Assembly (NCBI GenBank): GCA_963750165.1
Contig: CAVVPN010000003.1
Span: 1,088,001 to 1,152,000 of the forward strand
Length of the DNA stretch: 64,000 bases
Direction of reading: 5' to 3'
Source of the DNA: an uncultured Gemmataceae bacterium
GTDB taxonomy: Bacteria; Planctomycetota; Planctomycetia; Gemmatales; Gemmataceae
Shown here: positions 39,061 to 50,253 of the stretch, one piece after another
Layout: the number at the start of each line of letters is the position of its first letter
Numbering within the stretch: position 1 is the first letter of the stretch
The notes under the pieces: generated by a model
What the model saw: only the letters and a program-made list of their open reading frames with translations
The model's database searches: none
What the model was told of the DNA's origin: nothing
Made by a program: the position numbers and the translations under genes

Positions 39061-39738
39061 ATGCTCTCTGCCTTTTTGTTGACCGCCGCCTGCGTCACGG
39101 GCGCGGCCGAACCGCAGACGCCCGGCTGCAACTGCGGCGCCGCGCCCCAGGTCGTCCAGAATACCGACGCTGGCTCGTTCCGCCAGCGCCTGCGCAACTT
39201 CTTCGGCCTGCGCCAGCCGAACAGCCCCTATCCCGCGGTGGCGTATCCGGCGCCCACCGACCAACCGATGGCGTATCCGGCGCCCACCGACCAACCGGTG
39301 GCGTATCCGGCGCCCGCCCAGCCACCACACTCGTACCCGGCCTTCGGGACCGCGTATCAGACCGCCCCGCCGCCCGAGGTCGCGGCCGACGCCTCCGAGG
39401 CGAGCGAGGCCACGGTGCCGCGGCCGGAGTTCAAGATTCCGGAGAAGCACCAGAACAAGGTCGGGCACGAGGCCGACTATGCCTGGATTACCGGTCATCT
39501 GTTCTACGTCCGCGCCGACGGCGGCCGCTGGGTGCTGCGCTACAGCCAACCCGACGAGGTGGACAAGTACGGCGGCAGCGTCGTGCTGGCGCCGACCGTG
39601 GAGTTGAAGAACTACCGCGAAGGCGACCTGGTGTGCGTCCACGGCCAGGTCATCGAGGAGCGCCGCGTCTCGCGGACGCTCGGCGGCCCACTGTACCGCG
39701 TCAACGTCATCAGCATGGTGGAGCGCGGTGACCCGTGA
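39061..39738 (+). CDS. Hypothetical secreted protein, paralog of 38239-38946
   Basis: GAGGAGG RBS, signal peptide, 30-bp tandem repeat (AYPAPTDQPx), shared H..DY.WI.G...Y...W.LRY...D.VD..GG.V.L domain. Confidence 0.75.
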   Translation: MLSAFLLTAACVTGAAEPQTPGCNCGAAPQVVQNTDAGSFRQRLRNFFGLRQPNSPYPAVAYPAPTDQPMAYPAPTDQPVAYPAPAQPPHSYPAFGTAYQTAPPPEVAADASEASEATVPRPEFKIPEKHQNKVGHEADYAWITGHLFYVRADGGRWVLRYSQPDEVDKYGGSVVLAPTVELKNYREGDLVCVHGQVIEERRVSRTLGGPLYRVNVISMVERGDP

Positions 39739-40020
39739 CGAAGTGCCGAAAAAAACTAGCCACAGAGGACCAAGTTGTGGCACGGTCTCCGGATCGTGCC
39801 ACTGCTGTGACCGAAGAGACAAGTTGTGGCACGGTCTCCGGACCGTGCCACTGCTGTGACCGAAGGTCTCCCTCGCTTCAACCGGGGGAGACCTTCGGTC
39901 CTGAAGAGTGGCCTGGTCAGGAGACCAGGCCACAACAGTTGGGGCGACCAGGCCACAACAGTTGGAGACCAGGCCACAACGAGTTGTGGTTTTTTTCGTG
40001 TTTTCGTACTTTCGTGATTG
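39737..40020. repeat. Compound repeat with duplicated three-hairpin REP-like element
   Basis: CAAGTTGTGGCACGGTCTCCGGA.CGTGCCACTGCTGTGACCGAAG twice; GACCAGGCCACAAC three times. Confidence 0.9.
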
Positions 40021-40032
40021 GTCTTTCGCTTG

Positions 40033-41745
40033 TTACTTCGGAATTCCGCGCATTGGCAGATCGACCTCGTCGCCGTAGACGCGCGTGCTCTCCTCGCGGA
40101 GCACCGGCTGGCTCAGGCCGTCGGCCCGCACGCGCGCCTGGAAGCGCAGGTCGCCCGCGGCCAGGCAGCGCACCTGCACACGATAGATCGCGTCGGCTCG
40201 CGGCGGCAGTTTCGGTAGCGGCGCGAACACCAGATCGCGGCCCTCCTGCTTCATCGCACAGCCGAATGCCCCCTTGACGCCGCGCAACTCCAGCCCCTCC
40301 GGCAAGGTGCAGGTCACCTGCAAGTTCGTCTCCGTCTTGGTGCCGGTGTTGGTGATGCGGATTTCATATGCGGTGTCCTTGCCCACCTCGACCGGGTCTT
40401 CCGTATCGACCAGTTCCATCAACAGGGCCGGCAGTCCCTCGACACGCATCACCAGCTCACCCTCGGCCTTGAGGCCGCGGGCCGCGGTCACCACGGCCTT
40501 GTGATGGTATTCGCCTGGGTTGATCGCCACGACTTCCAGGGCCACTTCCTTGGTCTCGCCCGCCGGCAGATCGCCGAGGAACCACACGACCGTGCGGCTC
40601 ACGAAGTCATGCCGGCCGCCGCCGCTGGCCGCCAGCACCTTGAAACCCAGCGGCACCTGCTCGGTCAGCGTCACATGGTTGGCCGTCGCCGAGCCGGGGT
40701 TGCTCACCTTGAAGTTGAGGATGGCGTGCCGCTCCAGGTAGCGCAGGGCCGGGCCGGTCACGGTCAGGTCCACACGCGGCGCCACGATGTCAATGGCTAC
40801 CGAGTCGCCGCAGGACAGCGCCGGCTCCGCGGAGGCCACGGCGGAACAGGTCTGCGAGCCGGTCGCCTTGGCGGCGCACAAGACCAGGACAGTGCGACTC
40901 TCACCGGGCCCGAGGTTGTCCAGGTTGAACTCGGCGGTCTGGCCGCGGCTGTACTCCAGGCCCTCGCTGAGCACGGCGCGAACCTTGACCTTCTCGGCGG
41001 CGGCGTCGCCGGGGTTGGTGATGATGAGCGTCACCGGCGCCGGGTCGCCGACCACCGACTGCTTGGGCGCCGCGGCCTTTATCACCAGCTGCGGCTCGCG
41101 CACCTCCAGCCGGGTCGTGGACGAGCCGGTGAAGCTGACGAACGCATGGCAGGCCAGACCGCCCTTGGTCGTGGGCACCACCTGCAAATCGATGCGTTTC
41201 TCCTGGCGCGGCTCCAGCGCGCCGAGGTGCCAGACGAGCAACTCGCCATCGGTGTCGGCCTTCGGTTCGGAGCCCTGGACACGGGCGCCGGCGGGCAGGC
41301 GGTTGTGGATGACGACGTTGTGCAGTCGATTGGTGCTCAGACTTTTGACGACGAGGGTGCAGGTGACCATCTGGTTGAGACGGCAGATGGCGGGGGTGAT
41401 CCACTCAAGGCTGACGCCCGGCTCCGTGCGGCCGGTGGGGTTGCCGTTGGTCGGGCCGGCGGACAGTTCCACGGCGATGTCGTTGATGCTCGGCTCGGTT
41501 TTGGGCACCGCCGGGGCGCCGGCCGACACTGGCGGCAGGCTCGGCGGGGCTTGTGGGGCCGCCCCGATGGGCGGCAGCTGCGGCGCGATGGGCAACTGCG
41601 CTGGCGGTTTGGGCACCGGCTGCACCACCGGGGGCACGATCGGTTGCAGCGGACTGGATTGTTGGCCCCAGGCCGCGACCCCGGTGCCCAGCAGCACACC
41701 GGCCAGGAGCAGCCCCTGGCCCAGTCTTCGACACGTCCGGTTCAT
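40033..41745 (-). CDS. DUF11 (OmcB-like Ig repeat) domain secreted protein
   Basis: Signal peptide, Pro-rich linker, repeated I.NPG...A..V...LP.G.....LG.L..GE, DTEDPVEVG..T.YEIRITN.G. Confidence 0.85.
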   Translation of the reverse strand: MNRTCRRLGQGLLLAGVLLGTGVAAWGQQSSPLQPIVPPVVQPVPKPPAQLPIAPQLPPIGAAPQAPPSLPPVSAGAPAVPKTEPSINDIAVELSAGPTNGNPTGRTEPGVSLEWITPAICRLNQMVTCTLVVKSLSTNRLHNVVIHNRLPAGARVQGSEPKADTDGELLVWHLGALEPRQEKRIDLQVVPTTKGGLACHAFVSFTGSSTTRLEVREPQLVIKAAAPKQSVVGDPAPVTLIITNPGDAAAEKVKVRAVLSEGLEYSRGQTAEFNLDNLGPGESRTVLVLCAAKATGSQTCSAVASAEPALSCGDSVAIDIVAPRVDLTVTGPALRYLERHAILNFKVSNPGSATANHVTLTEQVPLGFKVLAASGGGRHDFVSRTVVWFLGDLPAGETKEVALEVVAINPGEYHHKAVVTAARGLKAEGELVMRVEGLPALLMELVDTEDPVEVGKDTAYEIRITNTGTKTETNLQVTCTLPEGLELRGVKGAFGCAMKQEGRDLVFAPLPKLPPRADAIYRVQVRCLAAGDLRFQARVRADGLSQPVLREESTRVYGDEVDLPMRGIPK

Positions 41746-41902
41746 TGAATCCCCCTCGTTCTGGGCGTGGATTTCTCCCACCGGCCGCTTGCCGCCGTGG
41801 GTGATGATGGTTCCCCGATAATTCGCCGAGTGCGGGGGGCTATAACCATTCGCTGTTTTTCGATCAAGCCCGAAAGTGCCCGTGAGCGTTGCAGGAAATG
41901 AA

Positions 41903-41952
41903 CAGGCCCGCGGCGCCGGCAAGGGACAACCCTTGCCGGCACCGCGGGCCTG
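41903..41952. terminator. Strong hairpin downstream of the TIGR03067 gene
   Basis: CAGGCCCGCGGCGCCGGCAAGGG-ACAA-CCCTTGCCGGCACCGCGGGCCTG. Confidence 0.55.
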
Positions 41953-41979
41953 CCGCTTGCGGCGTAGCGTTCTGCCGCG

Positions 41980-44900
41980 TCACTTCTTGTCAGACTTTTT
42001 CGGCTCGGACTTCTTCTTCTCCTGCTTCAGCTTGCTGTCGTCCAGCACCTCCAGGCCAGCGATGGTGATCCAGCCGCGGAACTCCGCCGGGTTGGGGTCC
42101 GCGGGCATGCTGCGCACCGAACCGTCCGCCATCGCCACGTGGAAGCGGTCGAGGAACGGCCGGCCGCCCAGCTTCGGCAGTGGCCCCTTCGGGTTGAAGG
42201 CGAAGTCGTCCGGCTTCGTCCACGGCACCTGCTCGTCGGCCTCGACCACCAGGACCGTGTTGGAGGTGCCGTCCTTGAAGTCCGGGATCCTGACATCCTT
42301 CTTGAAGCCCGGGAACGCCGTGCCCGGCCCGGTGAAGACGCGGTACGGCGTCATGGTCTTGCGCTCGTTGCCGCTGGTGTACGGCGTGTAGGCGCGCGGC
42401 ATCTGAGCGATGAGCTTCTTGTTGTGCGGGCTGTCCCACGGCTCGTCCCGCTTGAACTGCTGGTACAGGTTGGCCTGTTCGAGGAACGGCAACAGTTCGA
42501 CGCGCCAGCTCAGCAGCGGCTTACCGTCCTTGCTGTAGATGGCGGCGCCCGGCAACTTCTTGTACGTGCTGAGGTAGTTGTGCATGGCGATGGCGATCTG
42601 CTTGAGGTTGTTCATGCTGACCTGCGCGTTGGCGGCGAAGGCGTCGGGCCGCTCGCCCTTGGCCCGCTCCAGCACCAGCAGCCCCGCTGACGTATCGGCC
42701 GTTTTGAACTCCTTCGGCCGGCCGACGCCCTTGCCTGGCTTCAGCGCGCAGATGGTCAGCTTGTCGCCCTCCAGACGATAGATCGCCTGCAGCGTCTCGC
42801 CCTTCAGCGTGATGTCCAGGTGCGGCGGCTGCTTGCTGGTGTCCAGCTTGAAGGTGCCCTCCTCCAGATCGTCCAGGCCGCCCGGCACCACCCGCACCTT
42901 GTCTTTCAAAAAGATCAGTCGCAGCGCGGACAACTCGCCGGCGTCCTGTTTCTTACCGCTCACCTCATGGCCGACCGGCTTCCACACGCCCTGGAGCAAC
43001 TCGCGGTCGGTCTGCTTGCCGCCGGCGAGGTTCTGGTCCTCGCAGCAGGCTCCGAAGTCCGCCGGGCTGAACTTCGCCGCCCCGTCCTTCCTGGACTCCT
43101 TCTTTTCTTCCTTCTTCTCAGCCTTGCCGCGCTTGAGGACGATGAGCACGTTGTCCGTGCCCGCGGCCGCCTTGAAGTCCCTGGGCCGCCCGTCCTTATC
43201 CGGGTCCTTCAGGCACAGTTTGAGGGTGTCGCCGGTCAGTTCGTAGATGCCCTTGACGTTCTTGCCGTCCAGCGTCAGTTCGATCTCCTTGGGCTTGGTT
43301 TTGGGGTTGAGCTTGAACTCCCCCTCCTTGTTCATGTCCATGATAGTCAGGGTCAACTTGTTGCCCTTGATGGCCAGTTTGATGGACTCCAGGATGTCCG
43401 CGGAAAGCTTCAGGCCGTCCTTCTCCAGATCGGTGACCTTCCAGGCGCCGGCCATCTTCTCCAGGTCCGACTTGCCCACGGCGCCCTGCGCGGGGGCCAC
43501 GAAGGCCACGGAGTAGTCGTCGTCGCACTTGGCCTTGGCGCGCTTCATGACGATCATCATGCAGCCGGAGCCGGCGCCCGCCTTGAATTCCTTCGTGTCA
43601 CCGCCCTGTTCGGGATCCTTGACGCAGATTTTGAGCGTGTCGCCGGTCAGTTCGTAGACGCCCTTGCCGGTCTTGCCGTCGAACGTCACTTCAATCGATT
43701 TGGGCTTGGTGGTGGGGTTGAGCTTGTAGTCGGCGTCCTTGTCCATGCCCATGATGCTCATGACCATCTTGTCACCCTTGAAGGTGATCTTGAAGCTGTC
43801 CAGGAATTCCTTCGGGGCCTTCTCGCCATCCTTCTCGCCCTCGACGACCTTCCACGGCCCCTGGAGCAGTTCCTTGTCCGACTTGCCGCCGGCGCCCTGG
43901 GCCAGGAACGCCACGGAGAAGTCGTCGTCGCACTTGGCCTTGGTGCGCTTGAGAACCATCAGAATGTTGTTGGTGCCTTCCCCAGCCTTGAAGTCGGTGG
44001 GCCGTCCGTCCTTGCCCGGCTCGCGGAAACAAATTTTGAACGTGTCGCCGGTCAACTCGTAAATGCCCTGGCCGGTCTTGCCGTCCATCGTTATCTGCAG
44101 CGATTTGGGCTTGGTCTTGGGGTCGAGCTTGATCTCGCCTTCCTTGGCCATGCCCATGAGCTCCAGGGTCAGCTTTTCGCCCTTGACGGTGAACTTGACG
44201 CCGTCCAGGATGTCCTGCGGCGGCTTCTCGCCGTTGTGCTCGGCTTCGGCGACCTTCCACGCGCCGGCGATTTTTTCCGTGTCGGACTTACCCTGGGCCA
44301 TGAACGCCACGGAGAAGTCGTCGTCGCACTTGGCCTTGGTGCGCTTGAGGACGATCAGGACGTTGTTGGTGCCTTCCCCGGCCTTGAAGTCGGCGGGCCG
44401 GCCCTCCTTGCCCGCCTCGCGCAAGCAAATCTTGAGCGTGTCGCCGGTCAGCTCGTAGATGCCCTGGCTGGTTTTGCCCTCCGCCGTAAACTGTAGCGAT
44501 TTGGGCCTGGTCTTCGGGTCGAGTTTGATCTCGGCTTCCTTGACCTTGCCCATGAAATCCAGGGTCAGCTTTTCGCCCTTGATGGTGGCCTTGAGGTTGT
44601 CCACGATCTCCTGTGGCAGCTTCTTGCCCTTGCTCTCGATTTCAGTGATCGTCCACGCGCCGGCGATTTTTTCCGTGTCGGACTTACCCTGAGCGTTGAG
44701 GAAGCTCACGGCGCCCTTGGGGACGGTGGACTGCTTTTCCTTCGGCGCCGGCCTGGCGCTGGAAGGTGACGAGCATGATCTCGGAGTTGGCCGGCGACTC
44801 GAATTTTTTGGGCCGCGGTTCGCCGGGCGAGGCCAGGCACACCTGAATCTGGTCCGCCTTGAGCACCTGGTAAATGCCCTGCATCGTCTTGTCGTCCAGC

Positions 44901-45190
44901 GTCAGGTCGATGGTCTTGGGGTTCCTGGTCTCGTCGAGCTTGACAGTGCCTTGCTTGACATCGCCCAGGAACGCCAACTTGACCTTGTCGCCCTGGAACT
45001 GGGCCTTGATGGTCTTGACGATTTCGTCGGGGACCTTGTCGCCGCCCTTCTCGGCGGCCACCACGATCCAGTCGCCCTGGAACTTTCTCTGGTCGTTATT
45101 GCCGGCCCCCTGGGTGAGGCCGGACCTGGCCAGCAGCAGCAGCGCGGCCGCCAACAAGGTGGCGCGGCGCGTCCATTGGGTTCCCGCCAT
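41980..45190 (-). CDS. Secreted protein with six TIGR03067 domains and a C-terminal DUF1559-like domain; frameshift near 44750
   Basis: Repeated G.W......G..., KLDP...PK.I......GIYEL.GDTLKIC...RP..F; SMNNLKQIAIAMHNY, LSWRV.LLPFLE, DGTSNT, MADGSV. Confidence 0.85.
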
Positions 45191-45449
45191 GATTCGCTCT
45201 CCTTGAACTGAGACTTCGCTGGGGCGAACGAGCCCGGGCCCACGATGCGCCGGCGACGTGGCGCTGGTTGGGGAGAAAGAAACCCGGAGCCCCTGACGTA
45301 TTTCGCTCCGCACGCCGGTTTCTGGCGCCCAGCGCTGCCAATTACTATACCGGCCGGGGGGAAGGGGGGAAGGGAGTTCGGCGAAACAGAGCCCGAGCGC
45401 CAGCGCGGGGCCCCGCGCTGTCGCTCGGGCTCCGACCAAGCGCTCGCGG

Positions 45450-46862
45450 TCAGCGCGGTCCACCGGGGCCGCCCGGCCCTGGCGGCGGCCCGAGGTTCAG
45501 CGCCACCGCCCGCCGGAACTCAACGCGCGCCACACGCCAGCGCTGCGGGTCGTTCGCGGCCGCCTCGGCCGTCGGAGGCGCTTCCAGGGTGATCGCGGCC
45601 ATCACGATGAACGGCACCGCATGCTTCCGCGACTGGCCGGTCTGGCTGATCGCCAGTGCGAACTCGAACTGGTGGGTGACGCTCACTGGGCCGGGCGGCG
45701 TCCCCGTCACGGCGGACAACAATGCCTCCTCGGGGCGGACCTCGATGGGTTTCTGGCCCTGGATCGGCTGGACCACGAATTTGGCCAGCGCGTCCAGCAC
45801 CGGTCTGCGGTTGCGCGGGTCGATGGTGCGCAAGGCGTCGGTGTGGAACACGCCCCCGGCGGCCATGAAGGCCTTCAGCTGCTCGCTGGTCGGGGCGTCC
45901 CACGCGCCGGGGCGGCGCAGCTGGGCCCGCTGCTTGAGCGGCAGCGTGTCCAGGAACGCCGCCTTGCTTTGGGACGTGAACAGTTTGACGAACCACTCGT
46001 TGGCGAACCGCGCCGACTCCTCGCGCAGAGCCTTGAGTTTCCGGCCCTCGTCGGTCAACTGCAGCTGAGAGATGCCCTGGCGCGGCGACCAGACCAGATA
46101 CCACTTGCGGCCTTCGCCCTCGGGGCTGTTGACGCTCTGCGTGGTCAGCAGCACTTCAAAACTGCCCTCGTCAGTGCTGATGCGGTAGAAGCGCTCGACC
46201 TTGTAGCCCTGGTTCTCGTAGGTCCAGTTGCGCACCGCGAGCGGTTCGATGGTGGCCTTGTCGCCGGCGGCGGCCAGGCGGCGGACGAGCGGGTCGGCGT
46301 GGAACTGCGTCAGCAGGCCGCGCGGCTCGCGGTCGTTGCCGCCGAGGTCGAACTGCTGTTCCATGGCCTCCGGGTTGTTGGGCTGGGCACCGCGACGGTG
46401 CTGCAGCGGCAGCGTCAGCAGGAAAGCGCCGTTGATGTCGCCGGCCTGCAACCGGGCCAGGTAGCCGGAGTCGGGGCCCTTGTCGAGCAGGAAGGCGTTG
46501 GACTGCTGCGCCACGGCCAGGTAGGTGACAAAGTAAAAGGTGGCGTAGCCCAGCCCGAACACCAGGCTGAGCCCGAGGCCCCACTGCGTCAGGCCCATGC
46601 CAGCGCGGGTGTCCTCGGAGCGGAGGATGTGCCAGCGGCCCAGCACTGCCAGGCCGACGCCCGCGGCCGGCAACAGCAGTAGCCACAACGGCAGCAGGAA
46701 CGGCTCGCCACGCCACACCGCCGCCACCGCACACACCAGAATCACCAGCGCGAACAGGCCGCCGACCACCACGCTGGCGACGGCCACGCCCGACAGTGGG
46801 CGGTACACGAAGTCCTGCCGCGGCGGCTCCTGCGGCAGCGGTTGCGTTGTCGGCTCAGCCAT
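45450..46862 (-). CDS. Hypothetical membrane protein (three N-terminal TMs, DUF4190-like)
   Basis: YRPLSG.AVAS, I.RS.....G..L...G, large soluble C-terminal part. Confidence 0.65.
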   Translation of the reverse strand: MAEPTTQPLPQEPPRQDFVYRPLSGVAVASVVVGGLFALVILVCAVAAVWRGEPFLLPLWLLLLPAAGVGLAVLGRWHILRSEDTRAGMGLTQWGLGLSLVFGLGYATFYFVTYLAVAQQSNAFLLDKGPDSGYLARLQAGDINGAFLLTLPLQHRRGAQPNNPEAMEQQFDLGGNDREPRGLLTQFHADPLVRRLAAAGDKATIEPLAVRNWTYENQGYKVERFYRISTDEGSFEVLLTTQSVNSPEGEGRKWYLVWSPRQGISQLQLTDEGRKLKALREESARFANEWFVKLFTSQSKAAFLDTLPLKQRAQLRRPGAWDAPTSEQLKAFMAAGGVFHTDALRTIDPRNRRPVLDALAKFVVQPIQGQKPIEVRPEEALLSAVTGTPPGPVSVTHQFEFALAISQTGQSRKHAVPFIVMAAITLEAPPTAEAAANDPQRWRVARVEFRRAVALNLGPPPGPGGPGGPR

Positions 46863-46881
46863 GCTGCACCCCAAGGGAAGA

Positions 46882-46968
46882 ATTGCAAATTGCCGATTGC
46901 AACTTCAAATTGACAGACCGGAACCTTGCTGTCTGTCAATTTGCAAGTTGCAATCGGCAATTTGCAAT
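46882..46968. repeat. AT-rich inverted repeat of heptamer (AAATTGC-like) units
   Basis: ATTGCAAATTGCCGATTGCAACTT-CAAATTGACAGAC ... GTCTGTCAATTTG-CAAGTTGCAATCGGCAATTTGCAAT. Confidence 0.9.
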
Positions 46969-46973
46969 GGGTT

Positions 46974-47258
46974 TTAGTCTTCGCCGCCGCCGGCGTCCGA
47001 AATATCCGTCGCCATGGCGCGGCGCATCGCCTCGTTGGCGCTGGTGCCGCGCGCCTGCACCTGGTTGTTGGCGTCGAGGTAAATCTTGTCCTGCAAAATC
47101 TCCTGCACGACGATCGCCATCTTGTCGGCGCCACGCACGTCCACCAGCGGCTTGGCCCCGGTGTTCAGCGCCACCATGCGCTTCTGAATCAGCGTGGACA
47201 GCTTGAACCGGCCGCCCACCTTGTTGACGATCGCTTCTTCTTTCAAATCATCCAGCAT
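46974..47258 (-). CDS. rpoZ: RNA polymerase omega subunit
   Basis: [27 protein letters not shown]..., downstream of gmk, AAGGAG RBS. Confidence 0.9.
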   Translation of the reverse strand: MLDDLKEEAIVNKVGGRFKLSTLIQKRMVALNTGAKPLVDVRGADKMAIVVQEILQDKIYLDANNQVQARGTSANEAMRRAMATDISDAGGGED

Positions 47259-47839
47259 TAGCCCTTGCTCCTTTCCGTTTCGCGCTGCACAATGGCCCGG
47301 AACTCCGCCTGGGCGACGGTCAAATCCTCGTTGACGACTTGATATTGATACCTGTCGATGTGCTCCAACTCGCGGCGGGCGCCGGCGACACGGCGGGCGA
47401 TGGCCTCCTCGGTCTCGGTGCCGCGCGCCCGCAGCCGTCGCTCCAGTTCGTCCAGCGTCGCGGTGCGGATGAAGACGCCGACCGCGTCCGGGCACAGTTG
47501 CCACACGCGGATCGCCCCCTGCGTGTCCACGTCCAGCAGCACACACACGCCGCGGGCCCGGAACGGCTCCACCTCGCTGCGGAGCGTGCCGTAATAGTTG
47601 CCGTACACCTCCGCCCACTCCAGGAACTCGCCCGCCGCCAATGCCGCCTCGAAGCGCGGCCGCTCCCAGAAGTGGTAATGCACGCCGTCCTGTTCGTTGG
47701 GTCGCCGGCCGCGCGTCGTCGCCGACACTGACAGGCGTAGGTCCACCGGTGGGTCGGCGAGCAGCCCGGCGATCAACGTCGATTTGCCGCTGCCGCTCGG
47801 CCCGGACACGATCACCAACGGCCCGGAGGGAGAGGTCAT
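47258..47839 (-). CDS. gmk: Guanylate kinase
   Basis: [38 protein letters not shown]. Confidence 0.97.
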   Translation of the reverse strand: MTSPSGPLVIVSGPSGSGKSTLIAGLLADPPVDLRLSVSATTRGRRPNEQDGVHYHFWERPRFEAALAAGEFLEWAEVYGNYYGTLRSEVEPFRARGVCVLLDVDTQGAIRVWQLCPDAVGVFIRTATLDELERRLRARGTETEEAIARRVAGARRELEHIDRYQYQVVNEDLTVAQAEFRAIVQRETERSKG

Positions 47840-48726
47840 TCCACGTTCTGCACCAGTTCGCGAATCTTTTCCAGCGCCGCCTTGATCTCGACCACCTCGC
47901 GCGAGATGTCCACGTCGCTGGCCTTGGAGCCAATGGTGTTGGCCTCGCGCGACATCTCCTGCGTCAAGAACTCCAGCTTGCGGCCGGGGCTCTCGGGCTC
48001 GTTGACGATCTCCTTGAACTGATCCAAATGGCTTGCCAGCCGCACCACCTCCTCGGCGATGTCGCTGCGCTCCGTGAAGATGGACACTTCCTTGATGAGG
48101 TCGTTACGATCAATTTGCACGTCCAGTTCGCCCAGGGTGGCGCGGACGCGCTCCAGCAGCCGTTCGCGGTAGGCCGTCGCCACCTGGGGAATGCGGCCGC
48201 GAATCTTCTCCAGGTGGCTGGCAACGGCGTCGCGCAGGTTCAGCAGCTCCTGCGCCATGGCCCGGCCCTCCTCCTGGCGCATGGCCTGCAACCGCTCCAG
48301 CGCCTGCGCCAGCACCTTCTCCAGCAGCGGCCAGTCCTCGTGCAGATCGACACCGGGGCCGCCAGCCTCGGGCACAACGCCCGGCAGCGCCAGCACCTGA
48401 CCGAGCAGCAGATCGCCACGGTCGCGCAGACCGAGTTGCTCGGCGACGCCGCGCAACTGGGTGACGTAGCTCTCCAGGGCGGCGCGGTTGATGCGGTAGT
48501 CCTGGGGGCTGCCCTGCCGATCCAGGCGCAGGTGAACCTGCAGCGTGCCGCGCTTGACCACCCGGCGAACGACCTTCTCGAACTCCGGCTCCAGCAGGTG
48601 ATAGGGGTCGGCTGCCCGCAAGGTGACTTTCAGATAGCGGTTGTTGACGGCCCGCAACTCCATCGACACCTGCAGGGTGTCGCTCTGGAAGCGGGCCTCA
48701 CCGTAACCCGTCATGCTCAGCAGCAC
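47836..48726 (-). CDS. yicC: YicC/YloC family endoribonuclease
   Basis: [49 protein letters not shown]. Confidence 0.95.
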   Translation of the reverse strand: MLLSMTGYGEARFQSDTLQVSMELRAVNNRYLKVTLRAADPYHLLEPEFEKVVRRVVKRGTLQVHLRLDRQGSPQDYRINRAALESYVTQLRGVAEQLGLRDRGDLLLGQVLALPGVVPEAGGPGVDLHEDWPLLEKVLAQALERLQAMRQEEGRAMAQELLNLRDAVASHLEKIRGRIPQVATAYRERLLERVRATLGELDVQIDRNDLIKEVSIFTERSDIAEEVVRLASHLDQFKEIVNEPESPGRKLEFLTQEMSREANTIGSKASDVDISREVVEIKAALEKIRELVQNVE

Positions 48727-48794
48727 GCGGTCATCCTCATTTCTTCAAGTTGCGACGTGGACGGTTTTTCCGGCGAGCCGGGCCAGGAGCGGGG

Positions 48795-49086
48795 TCACTC
48801 GCGGACGCTCTTGCCGAGGGTCCCCTGCGGATTCTGCAGGGCGGCTTCCTGAATGGAGCGCACCTGCAACATCGTCAGCAGCAGCCAAATGGCCGCGACG
48901 TAGATGGTGATGCGTGTGAAGGTGTCGCCGGCGCGAGCCGAACGGACTGGAGCCGCCCACGCCGCTGAGGGCGCCGACCAGGCCGCCACCCTTGCCGCGC
49001 TGAATGAGGATCAGCAGGATCAGGAATAACCCCAGCACAAGGAGGATGAAGTTCAGGAACGGAGGCAGGATTGACCAGAATGTCAC
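48795..49086 (-). CDS. secG: Preprotein translocase subunit SecG; frameshift near 48935
   Basis: LILLILIQRGKGGGL.GA..G.GG.S.FGS then AGDTFTRIT...AAIW in the other frame. Confidence 0.9.
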
Positions 49087-49267
49087 AGCGTTTCCCTCGC
49101 AAACGTGCCACAAAACCGCCCGGGGCCATCAAACCGGCATTATAGGACTCCCAGGCAAACGTGAAAAGACGACTTCGGTTTTTCGCGCGCACCATGAGCG
49201 GGGTTGCGTCAGCGCCCGTGGACGCGCACGGGGCGCTGACGCGACCCCGCTCTTATTGGACGCGCGA

Positions 49268-50089
49268 TTACCAGCGACTCGCCAGGGCTTCGCGCTTGTC
49301 CGGGAAATGCGGGATGTGGTTGCGCAGACGGAGGGTGCCGAGGATGTCGTGCAGCTCGGGACGGACGCGGCACAGCGCCATGGTGCTGCCCCAGGGTTTC
49401 AGCCAGGAAAATAGCTCGTCGATCATGGCCACTGCGGTGGTGGACAGGCGGCGCACGTTTTTGCAGTCGAGCAGCACGCGCAGGTTGGGCTTGCTCAGGG
49501 TCTCGCGCAGTTCCTTGCTGACCAGGGCGATTTCCGCCTCCTCAACGAGATACACGTCGTTGATGCGGATGATGGTGATGTCGCCCTCACTGCCGATGCG
49601 CAGCCGGCCCTGAACGATGCCGCGCTTGGCTTGCAGGCAGTCGAAGATGGCGGCCGCGGCCTTGGCGGCGTTGTGGGACTGGTAGCTCGGGTGCTGGAAG
49701 TCCGACGGTGGTTCGCTGGTGTCCTGCTCGGCGTTGTGATCGAGGCAGCGCAGCGCCCACTCCTCCGGGTCGCGCTGCGACAGCGCTTTCTCGCGGAACT
49801 GGACAATGAACGCCATGCGGCCGATTTCCAGGAGATCGCCGGCGTGCAGCGGCCACTCCTCGCCGGGCGGCACCAGCGCGCCGTTCAGCAGCGTCGGGAA
49901 GTTGCTGCCCAGGTCGCGGATGAACAGCTTGCGTTGACGGCGGACGATGGCGCACTGCTGGCCGCCGATGCTCTTTTGCTTGGCGCGCAGCTGGCACACC
50001 TTGGCCGAGCCAATCATGAACAGATCGACAGTGATGGGAATGGGCAGCCCCTGTTTTCTGCCCCTGGCAACGATGAGGTAGAACTTCAT
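49268..50089 (-). CDS. FHA domain + STAS (anti-anti-sigma-like) domain protein
   Basis: F.IGS...CQLR, IRDLGS...T.LNG, GD.L.IG; C-terminal LLD..NV..LST.A...I, L..V.P.L..I. Confidence 0.75.
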   Translation of the reverse strand: MKFYLIVARGRKQGLPIPITVDLFMIGSAKVCQLRAKQKSIGGQQCAIVRRQRKLFIRDLGSNFPTLLNGALVPPGEEWPLHAGDLLEIGRMAFIVQFREKALSQRDPEEWALRCLDHNAEQDTSEPPSDFQHPSYQSHNAAKAAAAIFDCLQAKRGIVQGRLRIGSEGDITIIRINDVYLVEEAEIALVSKELRETLSKPNLRVLLDCKNVRRLSTTAVAMIDELFSWLKPWGSTMALCRVRPELHDILGTLRLRNHIPHFPDKREALASRW

Positions 50090-50253
50090 GGCGCCGTTCC
50101 CTTGATTGTCCATCGAAGTCGGTCGGCGCCGTGCGGGCAGGCCTTGCGAGAAGGCCGTTCACCGACTCGTACGGGGTAAAGTCGATGGCGCAATCCGAGC
50201 CCTTGATCTTCCCTAATGGTAACCCCACATCGTCGTGGAAGCAAGCAACGTCA

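Noticed and set aside
39770..39985. Repeated GTTGTGGC.../GGCCACAAC units as a CRISPR array
   Set aside because: No unique spacers of regular length, the units are inverted arms of a dispersed REP-like element, and there are no cas genes
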